From Eledone cirrhosa (lineage: Eukaryota): a DNA stretch of 64,000 nucleotides. How positions within the stretch are numbered: position 1 is the stretch's first letter; every line of letters begins with the position of its first letter. The position numbers were made by a program, and so were the translations under genes. The stretch lies in assembly GCA_964016885.1 (NCBI GenBank), contig OZ024745.1, positions 99,944,001 through 100,008,000 of the forward strand. The letters are read 5' to 3'. Below are positions 26,696-38,757 of this stretch, piece by piece. The notes below the pieces were generated by a model that saw only the letters and a program-made list of their open reading frames with translations, did not search any database and was not told the origin of the DNA.

Positions 26696-27706
26696 TGCAA
26701 TAAGTAGCAGCAAGTGCCCACAAAATACTAGCTCTTTCAATTGCGCAGAGGCTTCTATAGAAATAGTGGACAGCTTCCGTTACCTGGGTGACAAAATCAG
26801 CAGTGGGGGAGGGTGCTGTGAAAGTACAGTAGCTAGAGTCAGAACTGGATGGAAAAAGTTCAGAGAGCTTATACCACTATTAGCCGCTAAAGGGTTCTCC
26901 CTAAAAATGAAAGGCAGGTTGTATGATGCCTGCATACGAACAGCAATGTTGCATGGCAGTGAGACCTGGGCATTGTGTGCAGAGGATATACGCAGACTAG
27001 AGAGGAACGAAGCTTGCATGCTCCGCTGGATGTGTAATAGTAATATACGTGAACGGCAAAGCATAAACGAACTAAGGGAAAAATTAGAAATAAGAGGGAT
27101 CAGATGTTGTTTACTCGAGAGAAGGCTACGTTAGTATGGTCACGTGATGCGCATGAAAGACGACAGCTGTATAAAAAAATGCAGGGCAATAAAGATAGAT
27201 GGTAGCCACGGAGTAGGCAGATCCAGAAAAACCTGGGACGACCTGATAAATTCCGACCTCACACACTTACACCTCTCCAAGACAATATCACTGGACCGAG
27301 ATCTCTGGCGGTACTCAGTAATAGAGAAGAACGCCTTGCCTAAATACAAAGTAAACCTACTACAGTCAGGAGGCATCTCTAACAAAATACGCCCCCGTCA
27401 CACCGCCCCTTTCAATGTAAAATTACGTTGGTGCCACAACATCCAGGCCGAAACAAATGAGATCGTGTAGGTGTCACGACAAAAAAACACACAGTCCACG
27501 CTGTAATGTGGCCGTGTAGGCAACACGGTAAAAACCTCCCAGTCCCACACTGTAAATGTGGTTGGTGTTAGGAAGGGCATCCAGCTGTAGAAAACCCGTC
27601 AGACAGCCCTATACGAGCAAGACAACCACTCTTGCCTCAAGTGGGAAAACTCCCGTCCAAACCCATGCAAGCGTGGAACATGGACGTATGATGATGATGA
27701 TGATGA
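26696..27706 (+). mobile_element. 5'-truncated RTE LINE (family B) with long 3' UTR and (ATG)n tail
   Basis: FRYLGD...LHGSETW...RRLR.YGHV C-terminal motifs; colinear with 48568-50065 on the minus strand. Confidence 0.9.
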
Positions 27707-27787
27707 TATATATATATATGCACCCACACACACATATATCATCATCATCATCGTTTAACGTCCATTTTCCACGCTAGCATGGGTCTG

Positions 27788-27825
<38 letters not shown>

Positions 27826-28070
27826 ATAGTTTCAGAAGATCCTGTTAAGGGTGAAAGCAGCGATTCTTTGCTTAAACTTCTTTAATCTGTTATTTTAATA
27901 AATATATATATATAGTGATCAAGATGCTTTCATATATTTGCATTATATCTCATTTCCTTGGTATTCTAAAATTTGCAGTTACATGAAAAGAAAAATCCTT
28001 TATTCTTTATAAAGTATTTCTCTCTCTCTCTGTTGAATTAAATATTTTATCTATTTCTTTTTGTACTTAG

Positions 28071-28302
28071 GCATATAAAAACTTTGGTTCTAGAGTTGCA
28101 ATTGTGAAAAAGAAACTTGATGAATTGAAGTTGTCTCTACCAGATCCTGCAAGTCCTATGCCTTCTCCTACACCTGATGCTCCATCACCTGGTAGTACTC
28201 CACCAGCAGACATAGATACACAGCAGGATAACACAGAAGCAATTGATATGGACCTTTCTGATTCAGATAATGATGAAAGTGATGCCACTCGAAATATACT
28301 AG
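28071..28302 (+). CDS. RPRD2: RPRD2-like exon (end of CREPT domain plus SP-rich motif)
   Basis: acttag|GCA; AYKNFGSRVAIVKKKLDELKLSLPDPASPMPSPTPDAPSP...DMDLSDSD matches RPRD2 AYKTFANRV..KKKLDQLKSTLPDP..SPVPSPSMDAPSP..DMELSD; donor G|gtaact; phase 0-1. Confidence 0.92.
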
Positions 28303-29099
28303 GTAACTTACTATTTACTCTTTTACTGGTTTCTGTTAATGGACTGATGCCATAGTAGGGCACCACCTTCAAGTGTTTTAGTCATTTTTATCAATCCTAG
28401 TATATATTTCTAGGTCTGGTACATATTTAATCAATCTCAATTTGTTAAACTACTAAGTTATAAGGCATAAACAATAGTGTCAATGTAAATACCACAAGGA
28501 AAAACATATGCCCACACATATAAGGGGCTTTGGCATACTTAAATCTATCAAATTTCACTCACAGGGCATTAGTTAACCCAAAGTTAAGAAACTCTCCCAC
28601 AATGCTATGCAGTATGACTAAACCTGAAACCATGTGGCAGTAAAGTGAACTTCTCAGCCACACAGCCAACATATGAGCTAAATTAGCTCATATGTTTTGC
28701 TTTTTTATGATTTTGTTAACTCAAATTCTCTTTCAGTTTTATAGTAATTTTTGTAGCAAAAAGAAATGGGGCTGAACAACTTATTTGAAATTCTAAAGGT
28801 TTATTTTTTAATCACATTCGTTGTCTAGCTTGAATCCCAATATGCATCTGATATAAGTTGCATTTACTACTCAGCTCTTAACATTTATGATACCAAAAAG
28901 CCTGAAGATGTTCCTGGTTCTATGATACAAAGCTTTTTATTTTAAAGTATTTTTTTATATTTATCTAAAAACATATCGTCTTAATTAAATGTAAAAACCT
29001 TCGTTATGTTTCAAACATCGGCATAATAATGAAAAATTCCTCCAAATTCTTGATTATTTTCAAAGTGATTTGAAAATCAGTGTTTTTTTTATTAGAATT

Positions 29100-29533
29100 C
29101 ATCAGCTCAAATCCCACTCAAAGCACAAAATGAAAGTGAAATTAAGGGAGCTAACAAGTTTAAGTATCTTAGTTCTTGGATCATGAACTCTGGAAACAAT
29201 TTCAACATCAAAAAAGCCCAGACATGGTCAGCATACAGAAAGCTTGACAGTATCTGATGTTCTAATCTACCAAATATAAACTGGAGGTAACATAATACTC
29301 GTAGAGAATTATGGTGGTCTCCCTCATGTTTATGGTATTGTGCTTAAAGTGAAGTTATGTCTCTTTTAGTGCTTTGGAAACCAACATTTGTCAAAAGCTA
29401 AACATGTTGAAAACTCTCCTATCTAGATGTCATAGCCAGAGACTCTGGTATTGATGTTCAGGATGTAGGCAATGCAATACCTACGTGGAGATCTCTTGTT
29501 CAGTTTATTTCAGCTGTGGCAGGATGATGATGA
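29100..29533 (+). mobile_element. Old, internally deleted 3' fragment of another RTE-like LINE
   Basis: Translates to ...KFKYLSSWIMNSGNNFNIKKAQTWSAYRKLDSI and ...YLDVIARDSG...; ends gatgatgatga. Confidence 0.6.
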
Positions 29534-29655
29534 AAAGGATATTTATCAGAGTATTTTGAAAAATAACAAAAATACACTATAATGAAATGTTAAATATTAT
29601 CCTTGTTTAAGTAGATAATATAATAATTTGCATTTTATTATTTTTTTACTTTTAG

Positions 29656-29673
29656 TTGTTGTTAATGAAACTG
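29656..29673 (+). CDS. RPRD2: Candidate 18-nt microexon of the RPRD2-like gene, (V)VVNET
   Basis: T-rich tract, then ttttag|TTGTTGTTAATGAAACTG|gtaagt; consensus donor; phase 1-1, frame-preserving, no stop. Confidence 0.6.
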
Positions 29674-30234
29674 GTAAGTATTCCTCTGTTTTCAAACATT
29701 TGTGTCAACTTAAATATTGGCTTATTCTGCTAAGAAGATGTTTATATTTTACTGAATGAAATCTACATCCTTTAGTTAACAAACAAAAAAAAATAGAAAA
29801 CTTCCTTTAACATGTACACACACTTATATGAACACACATGAACCCAGACTCAAATATACTCAAGATAAAACTTTTATTTTTTGCTCTGAATTTCTTAACT
29901 ACTTTGACATCACTTCAGGGATGGGCTTACAATTTGCAAAACTATTAATTTGTCATTTTACCCAGTTATGGCATGATTCATTTTACTTGTATTAAATGTC
30001 AGTCTAGTTCCCTTATTGTGTTCATATAAACTCTTTTATACAATATTTCACATGGAATTGGTGAAGACTAATATTCATTATTCGTTAAGATTTTTCTGAA
30101 TTAATTCACCACTTTTCTAAATTTTATTTTTGTTAATGTCATTATAGGTATAGAATTGTTTGTCTTTCTCTTTTTTTTAAAACATTTTTGTATTTATTAT
30201 GTAATTCTAGATAGCTTCAAATCAATGTTCTAAG

Positions 30235-30370
30235 GACCAGTAGTTAAAACATTTGCTTCACAACCATGTGGTTTCAGGTTCCTTAAGCATGTCTTCTACT
30301 AAAGCCTTTGGTTAACCAGTACCTTGTGAGTGAAATTTAGATGATGGAAACTGTGCAGATTCCGCTTGAA
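30235..30370 (+). mobile_element. Older tRNA-SINE family (GTCTTCTACTATAGCC / CCTTGTGAGTG core), representative copy
   Basis: Degenerate copies also near 3575-3675(-), 7730-8010, 28530-28670(-), 33285-33570, 60145-60280. Confidence 0.55.
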
Positions 30371-30705
30371 TATATATATATGAAGATATCGATAAAATGA
30401 ATACCAGGCTTGGAAAAAAAAACAAAAAAAAAAAAAACTATTGTTAGGTTGATATAATCAGCAAAAAAGTTTTAATTTCTTTGTAATCTGTAAACTTTTA
30501 TTATTATTTCTAAACATTTATGCATTTTATGTGTTAGAATTAAGGTGTTTAAAATGTTTTTCTTTCTTGACATACAACTGATTACTTTGTATATTTCATA
30601 TTGTAAAGAATGTATTGAGTTACAAAAGCTGATACTCAGCCTCTTCAACCTGTTATAGGAAAGCAATGTTGTCTTGGTGATTGGGGATTGATATTACTGT
30701 TATTA

Positions 30706-31407
30706 TTGGCAGTATCGTTAGAGGGTCAGACGCCATGCTTTGCAGCATAGAGTTACGGGCCTTTACGTTCTGAGTTCAAATCCCGCTGAGGTTAACTTTG
30801 CCTTTCATCCTTACGGAGTCGATAAAATAAAGTACCAGTAATGCACTGGGATAATTGCTGGCCTTGTGCCAAAAGTAGAAATAATTATTATTAGTGGGTC
30901 GGACGCCATGCTTAGCAGCAAAGAGTTACGGCCCTTTATTCTCTGGTTTCAAATCCCGCCGAGGTTAACTTTGCCTTTCATCCTTACAAGGTCGATAAAA
31001 TAAAGTACCAGTAATGCACTGGATAATTGCTGGCCTTGTGCCAAAAGTAGAAATAATTATTATTAGTGGGTCGGACGCCATGCTTAGCAGCAAAGAGTTA
31101 CGGCCCCTTATGCTCTGGTTTCAAATCCCGCCGAGGTTAACTTTGCCTTTCATCATTACAAGGTCGATAAAATAAAGTACCAGTAATGCACTGGGATAAT
31201 TGCTGGCCTTGTGCCAAAAGTAGAAATAATTATTATTAGTGGGTCGGACGCCATGCTTAGCAGCAAAGAGTTACGGCCCCTTATGCTCTGGTTTCAAATC
31301 CCGCCGAGGTTAACTTTGCCTTTCATCATTACAAGGTCGATAAAATAAAGTACCAGTAATACACTGGGATAACTGCTGGCCTTTTGCCAAAAGTAGAAAC
31401 AATTATT
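30706..31407 (+). repeat. Tandem array of four tRNA-derived SINE units (period 172-173 bp)
   Basis: Unit starts near 30706, 30892, 31064, 31237; B-box G(G/A)(G/T)TTCAAATCCC; core TTTGCCTTTCATC.TTAC..GGTCGATAAAATAAAGTACCAG; ATT tail. Confidence 0.92.
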
Positions 31408-32339
31408 CTTAAAGTAAGCACTGGGGTCGTAAATCAACCCTAGTACTTTCCTGGTACTTTATTTTATCAACCCCAGCAAGATAAGAGCAAAGTTGACCTC
31501 GGTGGGATTTGAACTCAGAATGTAAAGAACTGTATCTTTTATGTCCCTTACAATCTGAGTTCAAATCCCGCCATGGTTAGCTTTGCCTTTCATCCTTACA
31601 GGGTCGATCAAAATAAAGTATCATTAACACACTGGGATCGATTTATTTGACTTCCTTGCCCCCAAATTGCTGGCCATGTTGCCTAAAGTAGAAATCATTA
31701 TTATAAACATCACATGATTAGAAGCCATCAGTGGAATTTGAAAATTGAATTGAATTAGTAACTCTGCCATATTTTCTGTAGTCAAAAAATCCGGCAAAGT
31801 TACTAATTCAATGTTGGCGGTGGATTGGCAGTATCGGTAGAGGGTCAGTTACGTCCCTTTACGGACTGAGTTCAAATCCCGCCAAGGTTAACTTTGCCTT
31901 TCATCCTTACGGGGTCGATAAAATAAAGTACCAGTAATACACTGGGACAATTGCAGGCCTTGTGCCAAAGGTAGAAACAATTATTGTTTTGCCTTTGCTT
32001 TTGTTTGTACAAGCTGCACCTAAGTCTTAACCAGAAATCTCAAGAGACATCAAACTTGTCAGTGTTACAAGGGGATATATAAGATACATAAGATTGGTAA
32101 ATAATTCAGGAGTTTCATTTTACAACCTGTGAATGTGTGAGTGCCTGTATATCTGTATGTACATGGAGAGAAACTTGTACAAAATGTGTGAAGTATCCAT
32201 AAGAAAGATTTTTTTGCAACTCATTGGTTTTGGGTCAGCCAGGAATTTGGACTGTATAATTGTTTGCAACCTTGCCTATCATTCCTAGTGCGCCAGTAAT
32301 TACATGATTTGAGATGCCACATCCTCTAATTTCTAATCC

Positions 32340-32848
32340 ATGATGATCTCTGACATGCACTTGATACGTTTGCTGCCGAGTGCTGCCTCGCTGGGTGTTG
32401 TAAAGACTGAGACACTCATCCTCTCAAGGAAGCTTGCTCAGTGCACTCTACATGGGAGTGGAGTTCCCCTGAAGCAGATGAAGAAGTTCAAGTATCTCGG
32501 GACCATGTTCACAAGTGATGGAAAGTAGGAGGCTGAATTAAGTGCAAAAATTGCAGCAGCTGGTGCAGTAATGTATCAGCTGTAGCATTTAGTCATCTGA
32601 ATGGGCATGTGGTTAGAAGGTCTCAGGAAAGAATCGCTGGACAGATTTTATGGGCAAAACCAACCTGCAGGAGACGTGGGGGTAGACCCTGAGGAAGATG
32701 GTTGGGTGACATCCATGAGTTTGGCTGAACTCGCTTGGGAATCCAGCCGGATCAGTTGGAGACAGTTGCTTCTGACAGGACCCACTGGAAGGAGTGTTAC
32801 AGGACTCTGCTCCACTACCCTCTCAAGAATAAGTGAGCAAAGAAGGCA
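32340..32848 (+). mobile_element. Degenerate 3' part of an Expander/Rex3-like RTE LINE
   Basis: KTETLILSR...KFKYLGTMFTSDGK; 3' end homologous to the reverse complement of 40190-40380. Confidence 0.75.
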
Positions 32849-33682
32849 AAGGATTGGTAGAGTGTTGGATAACATGCTTTGCAGCACTGAGTTACAGCCT
32901 TTTCCGTACTGAGTTCAAATCCCGCGAAGGTTAGCTTTGCCTTTTATTCTTGCAGGGTTGATAAAATAAAGTATCAGTAACGTACTTGGGTTGATTTAAT
33001 CCCCCCCCCCCCTCCAAGAAGAAAATTGCTGGCCTTGTACCTAAATCAGTATCGGTAGAGGGTCGGACGCCATGCTTTCCAGCATAGTTACGTCTCTTTA
33101 CGATCTGAGTTCAAATCCCGCCGAGGTTGACTTTGCCTTTCATCCTTACGAGGTCGATAAAATAAAGTACCAGTAATGCACTGGGTAATTGCTGGCCTTG
33201 TGCCTAAAGTAGAAACAATTATTAAGAATATGATAGTCATGCAGCTTTAAGAGAAAAAGTTGTGAGAAATTGTTAAGATTATTGTGGGTGCAGGTACAGC
33301 TGTAATTAAGAAGTTGACTTTGGAACTACATTGTTTAAGGTTCACTCCAATTACATGGCACCATGGCCACATGTGTGAAATTTTGTAGTCAGAGACTAAA
33401 TGAACACACTTTGTCTGTGTGTCCATGTTTATGTTTATGTCTGTTTATATCTTGTTACTTAGCAGTTCGATCAAATTAAATCAATAAAATAAGTGTTGTG
33501 GTTGATGTAATCAATTAAATCCCTTTGATAGTGAATCAGAATGGTTGTAGCCTAATGAGTGAAACAGGTAAAAAAAAAAAAGTGATTGCTAGAAATACTA
33601 ACATATCTAGAATGATAGCTAATGTGTATTTGTCCTTAACGCACTGCAAACACACTCACATATCTACACACACATGCACATC

Positions 33683-33960
33683 ATTATCATCATCGTTTAA
33701 CGTCCATTTTCCACACTAGCATGGGTTAGATGGTTTTGTTCCTTTTGATGCGGGAATGGTCGGGAGACCATGTCTCGCTTTCACAGAAGTGTCTCTGGCA
33801 GGTTTTTTTTACAGCTGGATACCCTTCCTAACACCAACCACATTTACAGTGTGGACTGGGAGCTTTTTCACCTTGTCTCCTACACGGCTACCTTACAGTG
33901 TGGACTGTTGTGTCATCGACACAGTGGACGGAACGGGAGAGGGAGGGTGGGGTAGGGTGT
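33683..33960 (-). mobile_element. Short RTE family B-like 3'-UTR element
   Basis: Colinear with 27490-27706; similar plus-strand copy at 35500-35754. Confidence 0.75.
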
Positions 33961-34237
33961 TTTTATCTCTTGGAAGTTGAATATTGAGGATCAGCATGTT
34001 TTATACTTGAGGTACCTGAATTTTGCTCCAATTTAAATGTTTTTATCAGTATCAAACTTGGAAAAAAAATATGATCCACTAATTTCTATGCAGGATGCTA
34101 AGTAGAAAATAAGAAATATTGGAATGTTATGAGTTAACAGGAGAGTGAAGTTGATGGAAAATCTCAGAATTTTTACATGTAAACAATGACTTCTACAATT
34201 ATGATTTTGATGAAATCTTTCATGGCATTATTCAGAA

Positions 34238-34424
34238 TGGCGGTGGATTGGCAGTATTGGTAGAGGGTCGGACGCTATGCTTTGCAGTATAGAGTTATGG
34301 CCCTTTGTGGTCTGAGTTCAAATCCCGCCGAGGTTAACTTTGCCTTTCATCCTTACGGGGTCGATAAAATAAAGTACCAGCAATAATAATTGCTGGCCTT
34401 GTGCCTAAAGTAGAAACAATTATT
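34238..34424 (+). mobile_element. tRNA-derived SINE (GCCTTTCATCC-core family), representative copy
   Basis: A-box-like TGGCAGTAT.GG and B-box GTTCAAATCC; other copies near 5222-5403, 31408-31530(-), 31540-31703, 31815-31985, 32850-33046, 33047-33222, 36335-36520, 37716-37935, 58845-59052. Confidence 0.88.
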
Positions 34425-35448
34425 CAGAATGACAGAATTTTTAGAGAATTCCACAAAATGTGTTGTTGTATTTGTTCTGGTTCTTTGCATTCTTAGTTCA
34501 AATCTTGCCACAGTTAACTTTGTCAGACATCTTTTTGGGGTCAATAAAATAAAGTGCTATTCAAGTACTAAGGTTGATTTAATTAACTTTCTCCTTTCGC
34601 CAAACTCCTAGCCTTGTGTTTAAATTAGAAACTATTATTAAAAATGTTCTAAAAGAAGAAAGGAATTTGTTCTAAAAACAAAATAACAGAGATTATTTTT
34701 AGATATTTTATAGTGTTTTCATGTCTTGGAATTTCAAGAAGGCAAGTTGATCATTGTTGTCATTGCCACCACTGCCACCACCATTTTCTAAAGCTAACAT
34801 GAGAAAGTTTTGTGCTATCTCTTCTTTGAGATCTGACCTCAACTTTATTTCTGTTTTAATTCTTACATCATATGTGCTGACCTGCATAAATGTTGCAAAA
34901 CTCACACTTTTATCCCACCATTAGTAAGCGACAGTCTGAATTGATGAAGCAACTGCCCTATATCCTAACTTGTTTCTCCTATCTCTCTTCTATTATACTG
35001 CACTGATTGTTCACATAGAGGAAACTCATTTCAGGGTAATATGCATGTAGGAGAAACAAGGTTTTGCCATTGATCAACCTAAGAATAGAAAGTCCCCTTC
35101 ATCTTAAAAGATATATATCCTTTTGTGTCAGTGCCATAATAAATATACCAAGTTCACTCTCCTACTGGTTGACAGTAGGAAAAACACCCAGCTAATTGTG
35201 TGACACAGAAATTAGTTGTAACCCTATTTTATTTTCAAAATTAGTATTCATTTTATTATTTTTTATCAGCACCATAAAATTTGAAAAAAAATCTGTTGTA
35301 ATTATTTTTCCTCTGTGGCTAAAACTATAGTCCCCAAATTACCTGTCGCATGGCGGATAAGTCTAGTTTCAAAAGAAAATAAACTTGCTATGCTGTTATG
35401 AACAATAACCCATTTGATACTGAGCTGCCTCTGGTTCTACAAAACAAA

Positions 35449-35500
<52 letters not shown>

Positions 35501-35784
35501 CCACCCCTCATTCCTACTCTATCCTCCCATTTCTGTCCACTGTAAAGTGGTCATGTAGGTAACATGACAAAAAGCACCCAGTCTACACTGTAAATGTGGT
35601 TGGTGTTAGGAAGGGCATCCACCCGTAGAAAACCTACCAGATACAGTTCTGTACGGGCGAGACACGGTCTCCCGACTAATCTTGCTTCAAGTGGGACAAA
35701 ACTGTTCAACCCCTGCTAGCATGGAAGATGGACGTTAAACGATGATGATAATGATATATATATGTATATGTATGTATATACACA

Positions 35785-36093
35785 CAGTTGTCCCCTGGTA
35801 TTCGCGGGGGTTATGTGCCTAGAGGCCCTGTGAAGAGTGAAAAACCGTGAATATTGGACGTGGTCCATAAGAAGGCCTATAAACATGAAAACATAACGTA
35901 AAATATGGTATATTGTTATTAATAATTTAGTGTTAAAAAGCGTGAAAAAATATATATTTCCACGAAATAAGCCATAAAAAAAATCGCGGAAGATATTAAC
36001 GATTCCGCGAATGTGTGGTGATTTCTACAAACAATTATTCGGTTCTAAGGAAAATTCCGTGAATAACTGGGACCGCGTATGCTGGAGGTAGTG
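35785..36093. mobile_element. pogo/Tigger-like MITE
   Basis: Begins CAGTTGTCCCCTGGTATTCGCGG, ends CCGCGTATGCTGGAGGTAGTG|TA; internal CCGTGAATA repeats. Confidence 0.6.
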
Positions 36094-36226
36094 TAAAAAA
36101 ATATAAAAATGAACTTTTCATAAAACTAACTTTATATTAAAATGGAGAAGGAGGCAATAACACAAACTAATAAAAAAAAATTTCACTTTCCCATAAAGTT
36201 TGTTTGAAACATAAAATCGTGATGGA

Positions 36227-36292
<66 letters not shown>

Positions 36293-36583
36293 ACATACAT
36301 ACATACATACATACATACATAAGATTAGTTTGTGTGGATTGGCAGTATCGGTAGAGTGTTGGACGCCATGCTTTCCAGCATAGTTATGTCCCTTTACGAT
36401 CTGAGTTCGAATCCCGCCGAGGTTGACTTTGCCTTTCATCCTTACGGGGTCGATAAAATAAAGTACCAGTAATGCACTGGGTAATTGCTGGCCTTGTGCC
36501 TAACGTAGAAACAGTTATTGTCTCCTCTCCCATTTTAATATAAAGTTACTTTTATGAAAAGTTCATTTTTATATTTTTTTGTA
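36092..36583. repeat. About 70-bp inverted repeat flanking a microsatellite and a SINE
   Basis: 36092-36160 vs 36514-36583 reverse complement, a few mismatches. Confidence 0.85.
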
Positions 36584-37305
36584 TAATTTCAAATACTAAG
36601 ATCTGAAAGTTTCTATTAAATAGTTATTAAATTGTAATTTTAATAGTTATTAATTTTAAACTCATTTCAGTTTGAATTTTCTATTAAAATTATGGCTTTG
36701 CTGAGATAATAAAAGTATAAATAAAAAGTATATAAATGAATTACTGTTGTATCTGATTGATTCATTTTACTCTTGTCAGAAAGTTTGTCTGAGTTCTTGT
36801 TTGACCATAGTTCAAGGATAGCTTCAACTTCGCAATTTCAGAACAATTCAGTTAAAAAACATTTTTAAATGTTGACTTCAAATATTAAGATAATGTTATT
36901 GTAAGCAACCTTTAGCTGGCTTTGAATACTGTATGTATGTGTGTATGTACATTGTTAGCAAACATGGGCTGTTAATAATATATATAGTTTCATTTTAGTT
37001 TTGTATAACTTGTTTTTTTATTACAGTTTTTCAAGGTTTCTATTGCTAAACAATAGTAATCTCTATTATGCATATTGGGAATTAAAGATGTGGGTTTTGT
37101 CACGAAAGCAGCATTAAAAAATATTAAGGAAAAAAATAATATACAGCCAAATTTCCATACCAAATAAAGTTTGTTGAAAATGTTGAGTTTCTCCGAAGAG
37201 CAACCAACACTGCTGTTTTGTTCAACATAATTTGTATATGTTAAAATCTGCTATCTCATCCAACATGTGTGTATGAATATAAAAGAACTTATATTTTAAA
37301 GCAGC

Positions 37306-37545
37306 TTAAACTCTTTGGTGACTATATTTCTACTGATTTTCAAATCATTTTGAAAATAATCAAGAATTTAGAGGGATTTAGTAATATAGGAATTTTTTCA
37401 TTAAATTGGTGTTTGTAACATAACAATGGTTTTTACATAAAATTGTGATGGGAGGTTTTTAGATAACTATAAATACTTTAAAATAAACAGCTTCGTATTG
37501 TAAAACCAGGGGCGGTATCAGGTGGTTTGGTGACAAATGGGTTAA
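37306..37545 (-). mobile_element. piggyBac-type MITE family 2 (about 240 bp, older), representative copy
   Basis: TTAA-bounded, CCCATTTG..ACCAA start, shared core actaaatccctc.aaattcttgattattttcaaaa; other copies near 352-607, 4837-5077, 11706-12090, 21490-21625, 28879-29097, 45260-45437, 56317-56572, 58728-59168, 63469-63690, 63765-63950. Confidence 0.7.
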
Positions 37546-38589
37546 AAATAAACATTTGTTGTTAAAAGCTAAGAATAAAGAACTGTTGGATCAACAGTTT
37601 TTAGAAAAGCCAACTGCATCTGCTTTATTGAAAACATTTCTCATTGAATTTACTGTTTTGACAATTAGGTGTTTTTTTTCTTTAGCTGTTGTTGTTGATG
37701 TTGTTATTTTGGAGGGTGGTGGATTGGCAGTATCAGTAGAGCGTCTGACAACATGCTTTGCAGCATAGAGTTTATGGCCCTTAAAGTTCTGAGTTCAAAT
37801 CCCACATTTAGCTTTGCCTTTCATCCTTACAGGGTTGATAAGATAAAGTACCAGTAATAAACTGGGGGTGATTTAATTGACTTTCCTCCTCCCCCAAATT
37901 GCTGGCCTTTGTGCCTAAATAAGAAACCATTAGTATTATTATTATATCATTGATTATTTAATTACATGTCATTTTTACATTAGAAATATCTTATACTTTC
38001 TAGGCTTTACATAAGAGAAATTTACATGAAAAGAAATAAGGCATGAGAAGAATAGTATTTATAAGCTGCTGTATATGTTAACATCAGAGTTGTGCTTTTG
38101 TATAATAATGAGTAATTGGTATTTAGTATGGAAGATCTGCAGAGTGAAGAAAAATGAGTTGGGCATAATCAATTGAGTGATGAATGTTAACTTACCTTTC
38201 AAAATAATAGTGAACTAAGAGAGTGGCTACCCATTAAATATATTGGCAAATATGATAGAAACCCCAGTTGCTGCACTCCAGGAAGACATGGGATGAAGTC
38301 TTGAGGTTTGCCTCCAAGAATAGTGACCTTCAGGAAATGGTTCATCATCTGCCTGACAGTTAAGCATGTGTCATTGCATAGACGTGGTGGGTCCACGTTT
38401 CTCAAAAGGGTGATGGGAGTTCCAATCTTTTATATTATATGTAAATATATAGATAATTATGTGTGTGTGTATATCGGCATTCAAATTCACAAAGACACTG
38501 GCTGCGAAACACAATCATCACTGACAACGAACGCGCAGAGAGAATCCCTTATGGTTTATTCCCAACTTGCTAGAAATAGTAGTCAGGTT

Positions 38590-38757
38590 GGTTAGCATAC
38601 CTGGGATGTTTTTCTTCTTCTTTGATGTTATAAAATCAGTATCAATGAACCTTCCATATTCAATTGCTGTACTTAATTTTCGATTGTCAGTTTTCGTTTT
38701 TGTGTGATGCGCGAAGGAACAAACCAACAAACATCCCTCTTTTATATTATATATAGA
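38590..38757 (-). mobile_element. Helitron-like 5' end fragment
   Basis: A|TCTATATATAATATAAAAGAGGGATGTTTGTT on the minus strand; 3' end ambiguous. Confidence 0.45.

Noticed and set aside
24227-26721. Minus-strand ORFs overlapping the RTE
   Set aside because: Antisense shadows of the LINE coding sequence
26649-27134. 161-aa ORF
   Set aside because: Chimeric read-through from the family A tail into the truncated family B copy
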